A stretch of DNA of 64,000 nucleotides from Candidatus Micrarchaeota archaeon (GTDB lineage Archaea > Micrarchaeota > Micrarchaeia > Anstonellales > Bilamarchaeaceae), in contig JACRGD010000007.1 of assembly GCA_016212525.1 (NCBI GenBank), forward strand, positions 15,112-79,111, written 5' to 3'. The notes under the pieces were generated by a model. That model saw only the letters and a program-made list of their open reading frames with translations, was not told the origin of the DNA and made no database searches. Positions 29,052 through 37,893 of this stretch are shown here, in pieces; the first letter of the stretch is position 1, and the number at the start of each line of letters is the position of its first letter. The position numbers were made by a program, and so were the translations under genes.

Positions 29052-29567
29052 ATGAAAGAACTGGAGCTAGCAAAAACATTAGTTGCTCAATCCAAGTACG
29101 AAGAAGCAAATCAGATACTTGAAAGACTCTTAACTAGCGGCATGGAAAACGATGAATTGTTCTATCTAAAGGGAATGATTGCACTACGAGCAAAATCATA
29201 CGAAAGCGCACTCATGTATTTTGAAAAGGCCATCTCTGAAAACAAAAAAGCAGAATATTATAGAATGAAAGGAATGACGCACTTCGAACTTTTTGAAACT
29301 GAGGATGCAATAGAAGAGTTTGAAAAATCGCTCGAGATTGATAAGGAGAACCACATAACAAACTTTTTTATGGCACTTTGTCTGATGATGAAGGATGACC
29401 CGGATGCATCAAAATATCTGACAAAGGCCAGAGAGATAGATCAGAAAAAAACTAACGTATTACTCTCTAACTTCTACTCATTATTTATCAAAAAGGATCC
29501 AAAAATAAGCGAAGAGAGAAAACTAAATATCGAGAGAAAAATACTTGGAAAAAGAGATCAGAAATAA
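29052..29567 (+). CDS. TPR-repeat protein
   Basis: YLKG..A.....YESAL.YFEKAI repeats. Confidence 0.85.
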   Translation: MKELELAKTLVAQSKYEEANQILERLLTSGMENDELFYLKGMIALRAKSYESALMYFEKAISENKKAEYYRMKGMTHFELFETEDAIEEFEKSLEIDKENHITNFFMALCLMMKDDPDASKYLTKAREIDQKKTNVLLSNFYSLFIKKDPKISEERKLNIERKILGKRDQK

Positions 29568-29623
29568 ATTAATAAAAATCGCTTCGCTCTCAATTAAATC
29601 CATAGCTTCGCTCTGGCCTTAAT

Positions 29624-29695
29624 TGGACTCAGGGGGACTCGCACCCCCGGCCTCTCGGATGCAAACCGAGCGCTCTGCTGCTGAGCTATGAGCCC
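29624..29695 (-). tRNA. tRNA-Ala(TGC) with non-canonical D/T loops
   Basis: GGGCTCA/TGAGTCC acceptor with G3:U70; TT-TGC-AT; T-loop TGCGAGT, D-loop AGCAGCA. Confidence 0.88.
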
Positions 29696-29785
29696 ATTGA
29701 TACATGCCAGAAATAAATCTGAACAGATAAGTGGACAATAATAAACATAGAAATGTTAATAAACATGCAATTTAGAGTCAGATTC

Positions 29786-30499
29786 ATGACACAGGACAAA
29801 GAAGCGCCCCAAAATCACAAAATACAGCTCGGAATGCTCATAAGAAATATAATTTTAGGAGGGCAGGATGGATTAGTCAACGTCCTTGGAATAATATTGG
29901 GAGTTGCGACGGCAACGTCTTCAACCAACATCGTTCTTCTAGCCGGACTTGCAGCAACATTTGCAGAAAGCGTAAGTATGGCCGCAGTCGCATATACATC
30001 TTCAAAGGCAGAGCAGGAACATTATGAGTCTGAAATTCTCAAGGAAACACAAGAGATAGAAAAAAGACCAGCCGATGCCAGAGAAGACGTAGTAACGATA
30101 TACAAAGAAAAAGGATTTAGCGGAAAACTTCTTGATGAGGTCGTAGAAAAAATCTGTTCAAATAAAAAACTCTGGCTAAAAACAATGATGAGCGAGGAAT
30201 TGGGATTGCAGAATCCTGAGGATCAGATGACTCCACTAAAACAAGGAATAATAGTTGGAGGAAGTGCGCTTATTGGATCTTTTGTTCCGCTCTTTCCATA
30301 TTTCTGGATCCCAGTAAAGGAGGCCATACTTCCATCTCTAATCATCTCATTATTACTTCTATTTGGAGGAGGAGCGTATAAGAGCCACATAACAAGCGGT
30401 AAATGGCTAAGAGGAGGCCTTGAACTGATGATAATAGGCGGGGTTGCAGCACTGGCAGGATATCTAGTAGGGGTCTTTTTCCAAGTACCCGTTGTCTAG
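29786..30499 (+). CDS. VIT1/CCC1-family metal transporter
   Basis: ILGGQDGLV, SMAA..Y.S.KAE, MMSEELGL. Confidence 0.9.
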   Translation: MTQDKEAPQNHKIQLGMLIRNIILGGQDGLVNVLGIILGVATATSSTNIVLLAGLAATFAESVSMAAVAYTSSKAEQEHYESEILKETQEIEKRPADAREDVVTIYKEKGFSGKLLDEVVEKICSNKKLWLKTMMSEELGLQNPEDQMTPLKQGIIVGGSALIGSFVPLFPYFWIPVKEAILPSLIISLLLLFGGGAYKSHITSGKWLRGGLELMIIGGVAALAGYLVGVFFQVPVV

Positions 30500-30564
30500 T
30501 AGGTCGTTTAAAGGCTTTAGGAGAGTAATATAAACAGACAAACAGATCAAGAGAGGTAATACTT

Positions 30565-31848
30565 ATGCAAGATTTCGATCGGGGAGAGCCAAGAAAATTT
30601 TTTGATAAGCGTGCGATGTTCCTTAAAAAATCCAAGGACACAGTAAGAGAAGCACTCAAAAGCAGAGATATGCTCCTTAGTGGAGTCACAAAAACGATTG
30701 TCGATCTGGACCAGATAATAAATATGCTCGGCGAACGATTGGAGCATTGGTACGAGATATATTTCCCGGAAATATACATGGAAGACAAGGTAAAATATGC
30801 CCAGGCAGTACTTGCGATAGACCGGCAGAATCCAAATGAAGAACAACTGTCAGCACTCTTTGGACCTAAAAAGGCACAGGAAATAATCGACAAATCGAAA
30901 ACAAGTCTTGGAGCCAATCTCGCGATCGAAGACTTGGAAAAATGCAGAGCGCTTGCAGACGAAATAATATCTATGAAAGAGCTCAAGAACAATCTCGAAG
31001 ACTACCAGAAAGACTTAGCTGGACAGATCTGTCCAAATTTAACCGCACTCGCAGGGGCAGAAATAGCAGCAAGAATGCTCGCGCACATTGGATCGCTCAA
31101 GAGACTCGCAATACTCCCGGCAAGCACATTGCAGGTCATCGGAGCCGAGAATTCATTATTTAAACACTTAAAAAATAGACGAATTCCTCCACCTAAGCAC
31201 GGAATTATTTTCCAACATCCAAAGATCTCATCTTCTCCAAAAGCAGTGCGCGGAAAGATTGCACGCGCACTCTCAAACAAGATGGCTCTTGCACTTAAGG
31301 CAGATGCATATACGAAGAACGATTTGAGCAAGATGTTAATTGAAGGATTCGAAAAGAGAGTCAGTCAGATAATGAAGGACTACGAACGAAACAAGAACAA
31401 GCCAAAGAAGTTCCCGGAACAACAGATGCAACCTCAAACACAGTACCGTGAAGATAGAGACGAACCACCACGGGAGAGAAGACCATTTCAACAAAATAAC
31501 AGACGCGACTTTGAAAGAGCTCCACCTAGAGAGGATCGTTATAGTGGAGATCGGGATAGAGCTCCGCCACGACCCCAACAATCTCAGTATCGGGATCGTG
31601 AAGGAGATCGGGAACGAAGACCATTCCCACCAAGTCGGGATCGATACTCGGCCCCTGCACCAGCTCAGTCATCATCTCAATATCGAGATCGCAGAGAAGA
31701 CACACGTGAACGGGGATCTTATCCGCCACAGAATCGGGATCGCGGCTCACCATATGGACGCGACCGAGATGATTCGGATAATCGATCAGGCGGAAGTTAC
31801 AGTGGCAGACGAAGAGACAACAGAAGACGAGATCGACCAAGATACTAG
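30565..31848 (+). CDS. nop5: Nop5 (Nop56/58) box C/D RNP protein with long R/D-rich C-terminal tail
   Basis: ERL..WY..YFPE, PNL, PASTLQVIGAE, PPKHG, RGKIAR. Confidence 0.93.
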   Translation: MQDFDRGEPRKFFDKRAMFLKKSKDTVREALKSRDMLLSGVTKTIVDLDQIINMLGERLEHWYEIYFPEIYMEDKVKYAQAVLAIDRQNPNEEQLSALFGPKKAQEIIDKSKTSLGANLAIEDLEKCRALADEIISMKELKNNLEDYQKDLAGQICPNLTALAGAEIAARMLAHIGSLKRLAILPASTLQVIGAENSLFKHLKNRRIPPPKHGIIFQHPKISSSPKAVRGKIARALSNKMALALKADAYTKNDLSKMLIEGFEKRVSQIMKDYERNKNKPKKFPEQQMQPQTQYREDRDEPPRERRPFQQNNRRDFERAPPREDRYSGDRDRAPPRPQQSQYRDREGDRERRPFPPSRDRYSAPAPAQSSSQYRDRREDTRERGSYPPQNRDRGSPYGRDRDDSDNRSGGSYSGRRRDNRRRDRPRY

Positions 31849-31862
31849 CACACTCGAGGCAG

Positions 31863-32501
31863 ATGAAATCCATGAATCTGCTAATCTTCTCTGATCTTCA
31901 TGAAGATGACCAGGCACTAGATCGCCTCGGAGTCCACTCATCCAAATACGACTACGTTTTAGGAGCCGGGGATCTTTGTGACACCAACTGGTTTGCAGAA
32001 AAGATGCTCGAGACATTCGATTCGAAAAAATACTTTTTTGTAGCAGGAAATGCAGATACAAAAGTAGCCAATGAGGCATATAGGAAAAGCGGCTCGTTTA
32101 TTCATGGGAGGAAAGTAGAAATTGAAAACGAACTGAACATAGCAGGATTTGGGATGAGTACGCCAACCCCATATGGAACGTATGGCGAACTGTCCGAAGA
32201 AGAGTTTGAAGAGGGGTTGACGAACCTGAAGATCGATCAGAACACACTACTTTTACTACATTGTCCTCCTAAGGGGCATTTTGACCTTACACCAAAAGGG
32301 AACATTGGGAGCAGAGCGGTGCTTTGGGCAATAGAAGAATTCGAGCCAAAAATGGTGTTCTTTGGCCATATTCATGAACGAATGGGCTGTGCTAAGATAG
32401 GACAGAGCACACTGGTAAAATTGCCACCAGCGAACAGAAACATGGCCGCTTCAGTTAGATTAGATGGACAAAATATTGATGTGGAGTTTATTGGAATATG
32501 A
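31863..32501 (+). CDS. calcineurin-like metallophosphoesterase
   Basis: SDLH, AGD, GNAD, HCPP, GHIHE. Confidence 0.88.
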   Translation: MKSMNLLIFSDLHEDDQALDRLGVHSSKYDYVLGAGDLCDTNWFAEKMLETFDSKKYFFVAGNADTKVANEAYRKSGSFIHGRKVEIENELNIAGFGMSTPTPYGTYGELSEEEFEEGLTNLKIDQNTLLLLHCPPKGHFDLTPKGNIGSRAVLWAIEEFEPKMVFFGHIHERMGCAKIGQSTLVKLPPANRNMAASVRLDGQNIDVEFIGI

Positions 32502-32899
32502 CAGAACAGATACGGATAATACAGGCAAATGAGGGAGAGTTGGATAAAGTAAAACAACTCATATTCAAAATATTTCCAAGCTCATTAGTCAACATATTAG
32601 AGGGAGACATAGTACTTGTGGCAAAGCAGGACAAAAAAACAATAGGATTCTTGCACATAAGCGAGCGGGAGAGCGCATTTCTCATAAAAGGAATAGGAGT
32701 CGATCCGACATGTCGGAGCAAAGGCATCGCATCAATGCTCCTAAGCGAAGCCATAAACGTGATTGGAGACTTTGAAAAGCCAATATATCTGAAGGTAAAA
32801 CAGGAAAATTCGGCAGTTCAGATTTACATAAAACATGGCTTCTTCCTAAAAAAGCAACAGGAAGAAACACTGATTCTGATCAGAAAACAAAATAATTAG
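32498..32899 (+). CDS. GNAT-family acetyltransferase
   Basis: V.P..RSKGIA, N.A..IY.K.GF. Confidence 0.85.
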   Translation: MTEQIRIIQANEGELDKVKQLIFKIFPSSLVNILEGDIVLVAKQDKKTIGFLHISERESAFLIKGIGVDPTCRSKGIASMLLSEAINVIGDFEKPIYLKVKQENSAVQIYIKHGFFLKKQQEETLILIRKQNN

Positions 32900-32968
32900 A
32901 TTTAAATATTATTGTTACAACATTATCACTCTGATCATTCTTAGATTATAGCGAGCCCCGAGAGTTAA

Positions 32969-33078
32969 GGGGGGATGAGCTAACCTGGTATGCTGCTAGC
33001 TTTGGGACGCAAGCCGGTCTTTAGATCGGCGAAGCTGCAAAAGAGCTAGTTGTCTGTGTTCAAATCACAGTCCCCCCA
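32969..33078 (+). tRNA. tRNA-Pro(TGG) with 37-nt intron at 37/38 (33007-33043)
   Basis: GGGGGGA/TCCCCCC acceptor, CTAGC/GCTAG anticodon stem, BHB-like TTTG/CAAA helix with GGA and AGA bulges. Confidence 0.92.
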
Positions 33079-33159
33079 ATCTTCTTATGAAAAACAAAAC
33101 CTTCGCGACCCTTCGAGATCGCTCGGTGTGTCTGTGTTCAAATCACAGTCCCCCCAATC
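33051..33159 (+). repeat. 31-bp perfect direct repeat of the tRNA-Pro 3' end (33051-33081 and 33129-33159)
   Basis: TGTCTGTGTTCAAATCACAGTCCCCCCAATC twice, 47-nt spacer. Confidence 0.95.
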
Positions 33160-33190
33160 ATATTTAAATCGACCGAGTCAAAATGAGAAC

Positions 33191-33598
33191 ATGAATCAAA
33201 ATGATATGTTTAGACTCGTACCAGTCTACATGTACGGACTATTTTTTGGAATTGTAATTTTTCTCTCAATGAATGGCCCACTAGGAATCCCTGCATTTTC
33301 CTTTGAAAATATCATTAACCCATTCTTAGGAGAAAAGGGAAATATAGGAATTGCACTTTTTGCAGTTAGCATAATTGAGGTAGTGATATTAGACAAACTG
33401 TTTCTACCAGAGGCACTTAAAGATCAGAAGAAAGAGATGGTCGTCATAGGACTAGCTGAAATGCCAGGACTACTAGGTTTTGTGTTTTGCTTCTTAATTC
33501 GCAATCCGTGGCCATTTCTTGCGTTTGCAGTCATCGGACTTTGCAACTACGCATATGTGTTAATGAAACTCAGAAACGAGAGCCAAAGAACAGAATAG
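33191..33598 (+). CDS. hypothetical 4-TM membrane protein
   Basis: Hydrophobic ORF; paralog of the next gene (FLP.A, LIRNPW shared). Confidence 0.7.
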   Translation: MNQNDMFRLVPVYMYGLFFGIVIFLSMNGPLGIPAFSFENIINPFLGEKGNIGIALFAVSIIEVVILDKLFLPEALKDQKKEMVVIGLAEMPGLLGFVFCFLIRNPWPFLAFAVIGLCNYAYVLMKLRNESQRTE

Positions 33599-33610
33599 AG
33601 AGATCACGAT

Positions 33611-34054
33611 ATGAAAGATCCTTTTTTGAGGACCGTGCCTCTGATCTCATTCTTTTTAGTTACACTGCTTCTAATTCTGACATTTGCAACAAGCATCAGA
33701 ATCCCTGGATTGACAATGGAATCATTGAGTGAGCCATTCTCAAATAAGTACGAATTACTCAGAAACATTTTCCTAAGCATAACGATAATCGATTTTTTGG
33801 TACTAAACTTTATTTTTCTTCCCAAAGCACAAAACGAGATCAGATCGGCAAGTTTGGTAATTGGACTAATACAGATCGTACCAATCTGCGGATATATTTA
33901 CGCAGTTTTGATAAGAAATCCCTGGACATATGTACCATTTGCATTGGTGACATATCTAAACTATTTATACATACTAAGAAAAGTAAGAGTATCTGCACTT
34001 GGCAAACGAAGTTCTGAACTCAAATCTAGCATTGAATCCAAGAAAAACGATTAG
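33611..34054 (+). CDS. hypothetical 4-TM membrane protein (tandem paralog)
   Basis: Shares R.VP, FLP.A, VIGL, LIRNPW with 33191..33598. Confidence 0.7.
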   Translation: MKDPFLRTVPLISFFLVTLLLILTFATSIRIPGLTMESLSEPFSNKYELLRNIFLSITIIDFLVLNFIFLPKAQNEIRSASLVIGLIQIVPICGYIYAVLIRNPWTYVPFALVTYLNYLYILRKVRVSALGKRSSELKSSIESKKND

Positions 34055-34083
34055 GGGGTAGCAAGTAGATGAAAACAGGTATA

Positions 34084-35082
34084 TCATAAATCCGATTTTT
34101 GATCAAAAAGAAGTTCCGCAACGACCGCCCTGTGATCTGAAGTAGGAGTCGGATCAACTTCATATCTTGCAAATTGAACCCCTGGACCTGCAAGGAATAT
34201 GTAATCTAAAGTTCGATTTGGTGCTACTGCCGGATAGGTATGAAATCCATCAAGAAGATCAGGGTTTGCATTGGCAGTTAGGTCAAATGGTGGAATAAAT
34301 AGTTTTTGTTCGATGATGTGCTGCATTGCAGGATCATGAGTATAGTCATCAGGATCGCCAGATAAATGACTGGGAAATGCCATTAGTCTTGAGGAGCGGG
34401 GTATCGCATTAAAGTCGCCGGCAATAACCATTGGCATATCAAAGCGTCTTAAAGCGCTTCGCACCTTTGTATGTAGTTTTTGTATCTGCCAGCCCCTGCC
34501 AAACGTATTTCCCCGAAGTTCAGGACCAAGATAGCGGATGATTTGATAAAATATGTCACTTAGGAGATGGGTACTATATACCCCAAAATCAGGACCGTCA
34601 GGAGGAGAGACCATTACAAAGGTAAAACCTTTGCATTCATTGAGCAATTTGACAAGATAATTCACCGGGAGATGAGGAGAAAAGGATTGACCAAAATCAT
34701 AACTGGTGTGTTCAGAAAGCGGATATTTAGAGATTACAACAGTACCAAGATCTCGCCCAAGCACAGTGTTTGAAACAAACGATTTCAACACACCTGGAAG
34801 CGGACTTCTTAGATGCGAAGACCCATGATAAAAACTAAAACCCAGACGATGAACAAGATATTCAAGTTGATTTATTCCTGCAGTCCTAAGAGAGAAAAAA
34901 TCAACCTCCTGCAGACACACAACCACTGCGCCCGAGGCAATAATTCTCTCGGCAATAACATCCAGATTTCGAAAAACTTGTTTTTTTGTTATCGGTTGAC
35001 GCAATTCTCCAAAAGGCCCATGAGCAGTATTGATGTTTTGAGAATATAGAATCACTCTGCAGGGCTCTTTGGCAAGTGCCAT
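34084..35082 (-). CDS. endonuclease/exonuclease/phosphatase (EEP) family protein
   Basis: NI, CLQEVD, GDFN, TYP, LDYIF, SDH. Confidence 0.9.
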   Translation of the reverse strand: MALAKEPCRVILYSQNINTAHGPFGELRQPITKKQVFRNLDVIAERIIASGAVVVCLQEVDFFSLRTAGINQLEYLVHRLGFSFYHGSSHLRSPLPGVLKSFVSNTVLGRDLGTVVISKYPLSEHTSYDFGQSFSPHLPVNYLVKLLNECKGFTFVMVSPPDGPDFGVYSTHLLSDIFYQIIRYLGPELRGNTFGRGWQIQKLHTKVRSALRRFDMPMVIAGDFNAIPRSSRLMAFPSHLSGDPDDYTHDPAMQHIIEQKLFIPPFDLTANANPDLLDGFHTYPAVAPNRTLDYIFLAGPGVQFARYEVDPTPTSDHRAVVAELLFDQKSDL

Positions 35083-35120
35083 AATAGATAAGTACAAAGA
35101 AGCTATAAAAGAAACGCAAA

Positions 35121-35148
35121 GTTACAAAGATATTTATAGTGGGAAAGA
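35121..35148 (+). promoter_or_regulatory. his cluster promoter 1 (BRE/TATA-like; 18-bp block shared with the hisF promoter)
   Basis: TATTTATAGTGGGAAAGA at 35131-35148, identical to 42510-42527. Confidence 0.75.
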
Positions 35149-35185
35149 CACAGACATTGTGTTAGTTAATGATTAGGTGAAAATA

Positions 35186-35484
35186 ATGGTGAACAAAAGA
35201 GGTATGGAAAGGGGTTTACTTCACCCCGATAAAGGAAAAGGATTTACTTCATCCGTCTGGATGCCAAAGCAAGACTAGTTTTACCGCTGTCAGTGCGGGA
35301 TCGATTAAACATCAAACCCAAAGACCAAATTTTACTTAGCGTTAGCAGTTTTTCGGATTCGGGGGATAAACAAACAATTACTTTAGTATTAGCGAAAGCC
35401 CCGGAAGATTTCCAGACTGAATCATATTCGTATTCGCGCAACGGGCGAGTTGTAGGAAAAAAATTTCGAGGTGGATTTGAATGA
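35186..35484 (+). CDS. AbrB/SpoVT-like DNA-binding protein, predicted to need two +1 frameshifts at CTT-CAY
   Basis: IRLDAKARLVLPLSVRDRLNIKPKDQI AbrB signature starts at 35251 in a frame closed upstream by TAA 35230; RBS AGGTGA + ATG 35186 is in another frame; stop overlaps the hisD ATG. Confidence 0.7.
35204..35252 (+). promoter_or_regulatory. two tandem putative +1 frameshift cassettes (SD-like, N3, CTT-CAY)
   Basis: ATG GAA AGG GGT TTA CTT CAC (35204-35224) and, in the +1 frame, AAG GAA AAG GAT TTA CTT CAT (35232-35252). Confidence 0.7.
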
Positions 35485-36839
35485 CTATTTTGAAAGTTCA
35501 GAGGTTAATTGATGCTGATTTATCTAAATTATTGGATCGCGGGACAACTAAGACAAATGTTATGCAGACAGTTCAATCGGTTTTTGAAGCGATTAAACTA
35601 CGTGGATTAACTGCAGCATTAGAATTTACAAAGCAGTTTGATGGAGTTACATTTAAATTTGCAAGTGAACTTTGCGTTTCAGATGCTTCGATAAAAGAGG
35701 CATATTCAAAATTGTCTAAAGAGCAAATAAGTGCAATTAAAGATTCGATAACCCGGGTTCGGGCATTTTGCATTGCTCAACTTCAAAATGTTCAAAACAC
35801 AAAACTCAAAACTGCAGAAGGTATCACTGAGCTTCGATGGCTTCCAATAGAGAGAGTCGGAATATATGCGCCAGCTGGCCGAGCTCCGCTTCCATCTTCA
35901 GTAATAATGGGTGCAATTACAGCTAAAGTTGCCGGAGTACGAAAACTGATCTTATGCGCTCCACCTCAAAAAGATGGGACTATAAATCCTGCAATTCTTG
36001 TTGCAGCTAATGAATGTGGAATAACTGAAATTTATAAAATTGGAGGAGCTCAAGCGATAGCTGCGATGACTTATGGATTATCAGCATCGAACATCGAGTT
36101 TCCGGCAGTGGATATGATTTGCGGGCCGGGAAACGCTTATGTTGCATACGCAAAGCAATACGCCGCATCTGAGGGGAGAGTAAAAATTGATACTATTGCA
36201 GGTCCGTCTGAAGTCTTAATTTTAGCAGATAAAACTGCAAACCCAAAACTCGTTGCAGCCGACATGCTTGCTCAAGCAGAGCACGGACCAACTTCGGCTG
36301 CAATATGCGTTTCGTGTTCAGAGAGTTTTTCCCAAAGTTTGGCAATCGAATTAGATCGCCAGCTTAACGCTTTTGGAGAAGGAGAAAAACAGGAACCCAT
36401 GCGAACTTCACTTAGAAATTGGGGTGCAATTTTGGTTGCTGAATCATTAGATCAGGCAATCGATTTTGTGAATGATTTTGCATCCGAGCACGTCGAACTT
36501 TATCTTGAAAATGCTGATAAAGTAGCCAATCGAATTACCTTTGCCGGAGCAATCTTTATAGGAACTGGAGAAGTCTTTGGCGATTATGGTATGGCTGGAG
36601 GAAATCACATTCTTCCAACTGGCAGATCTGCAAGATTTGCCTCTCCAGTTAGCGTGTATTCATTCCTGCGACAGCAACAAATCGAAAAGATGAATACCGA
36701 TGCACAAGCGCAACTTGCAGAAGCAACTGCTGATTTTGCCAGGGTTGAAACACTTGAAGCACATGCGCGCTCGGCTGAGGTTAGGGCTAGTGAATCTAAC
36801 ATTGCAAAAAATAATAATAATACAAAAGAGGAGGAGTAA
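35481..36839 (+). CDS. hisD: histidinol dehydrogenase
   Basis: GPGNAYV, AGPSE, QAEHG, SEH, GDY..G.NHILPT. Confidence 0.95.
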   Translation: MTILKVQRLIDADLSKLLDRGTTKTNVMQTVQSVFEAIKLRGLTAALEFTKQFDGVTFKFASELCVSDASIKEAYSKLSKEQISAIKDSITRVRAFCIAQLQNVQNTKLKTAEGITELRWLPIERVGIYAPAGRAPLPSSVIMGAITAKVAGVRKLILCAPPQKDGTINPAILVAANECGITEIYKIGGAQAIAAMTYGLSASNIEFPAVDMICGPGNAYVAYAKQYAASEGRVKIDTIAGPSEVLILADKTANPKLVAADMLAQAEHGPTSAAICVSCSESFSQSLAIELDRQLNAFGEGEKQEPMRTSLRNWGAILVAESLDQAIDFVNDFASEHVELYLENADKVANRITFAGAIFIGTGEVFGDYGMAGGNHILPTGRSARFASPVSVYSFLRQQQIEKMNTDAQAQLAEATADFARVETLEAHARSAEVRASESNIAKNNNNTKEEE

Positions 36840-36840
36840 A

Positions 36841-37893
36841 ATGACTGAAATTGATGTTTTAGTTCGAGATAGTATTAAACAAATAAAGGAATATTCAAGG
36901 CCGCCAATACTAGATACCGGAATAAAACTGAATCAAAATGAATCGCCTTATGGCTTACCTTTAGAAGTAGTTAGGGAATTTGAGAAAAGACTTGCAAAAC
37001 TTGCCTTCAATAGATATCCTGAAGGTTCATCTGAAAAACTACGAATTAAAATCGCAAGAAAATTCAAAACAAATCCAGATCAAATAGTAGTAGGTTGTGG
37101 AATCGATGAGATTCTTTATTATCTTTTGATGGCCTTTGTTGAAAAGGGAGACAAACTAGTAAGGCCGGTTCCAAGTTTTGGGATGTATCCAATTTGCGCT
37201 CAGGTTAGTGCTGCAAAAGATGTTCCAGTTCAACTTAGTGATAAATTTGATTTGACTGAAGAATTTGTAACCCAGAGCAAAGATGCCAAAATGACAATTA
37301 TTTGCAGTCCAAACAATCCAACCGGAAATTGTATGAATAAGAAACTAATTGAACGAATAATTCAGGGGACTTTGGGTTTAGTTGTAATAGATGAAGCATA
37401 TGCAGATTTTGCAGAATCAGATTGCATGGATTTTCTTAAATACGACAATGTGATTTTACTAAGGACTTTTTCTAAAGCAGGTTCATTTGCTTCCGGAAGA
37501 CTAGGATTTTCTGTTTCCAGTAAGAAAATTGCCGATTATATTAACCGAGTCAGACTTCCCTGGAACGTTAGTGCCATGGTTCAGGAACTAGGTGAATTGA
37601 TTTTGGATTATGAACCTCTTTTCCTTGAAAAAATTGAACAAATTAAAAAAGACCGGAATGTTTTGCTTTCAGAATTGAAAAAGATCGTAAAGACATATCC
37701 AACTGATTGTAATTTCTTTCTTTTTGAAGTGAAAGACCCTAAAAAAGTTTTTGAAAAACTGATTTCAGAAGGAGTTCTTACCCGAAATATAAGTGGAAAT
37801 TCTCCAAGACTAAAAAACTGCCTTAGAGTCTGTGTTGGAACCAGAGAAGAAAACGAAAAATTCCTTCGCGCACTTAAGAGGTGTTTGGAATGA
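36841..37893 (+). CDS. hisC: histidinol-phosphate aminotransferase
   Basis: NESPY, NRYP, SPNNPTG, DEAY, RTFSK. Confidence 0.95.
   Translation: MTEIDVLVRDSIKQIKEYSRPPILDTGIKLNQNESPYGLPLEVVREFEKRLAKLAFNRYPEGSSEKLRIKIARKFKTNPDQIVVGCGIDEILYYLLMAFVEKGDKLVRPVPSFGMYPICAQVSAAKDVPVQLSDKFDLTEEFVTQSKDAKMTIICSPNNPTGNCMNKKLIERIIQGTLGLVVIDEAYADFAESDCMDFLKYDNVILLRTFSKAGSFASGRLGFSVSSKKIADYINRVRLPWNVSAMVQELGELILDYEPLFLEKIEQIKKDRNVLLSELKKIVKTYPTDCNFFLFEVKDPKKVFEKLISEGVLTRNISGNSPRLKNCLRVCVGTREENEKFLRALKRCLE

Noticed and set aside
33050-33190. N-terminal extension with duplicated SVFKSQSPQS
   Set aside because: It is the duplicated tRNA-Pro 3' end; the likely start is ATG 33191.
35212-35232. -1 slippery heptamer G GGT TTA as the route into the AbrB frame
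   Set aside because: The -1 frame hits TAA at 35230, and the hisF copy (G GAT ATA) is not a -1 slippery site, whereas CTT-CAY is present in all three copies.
35150-35300. Classical His-leader attenuator
   Set aside because: No run of His codons and no terminator/antiterminator hairpins visible.
36700-36840. 47-aa N-terminal extension of HisC in the ORF track
   Set aside because: Overlaps hisD; a strong RBS (GAGGAGGAG) precedes ATG 36841.
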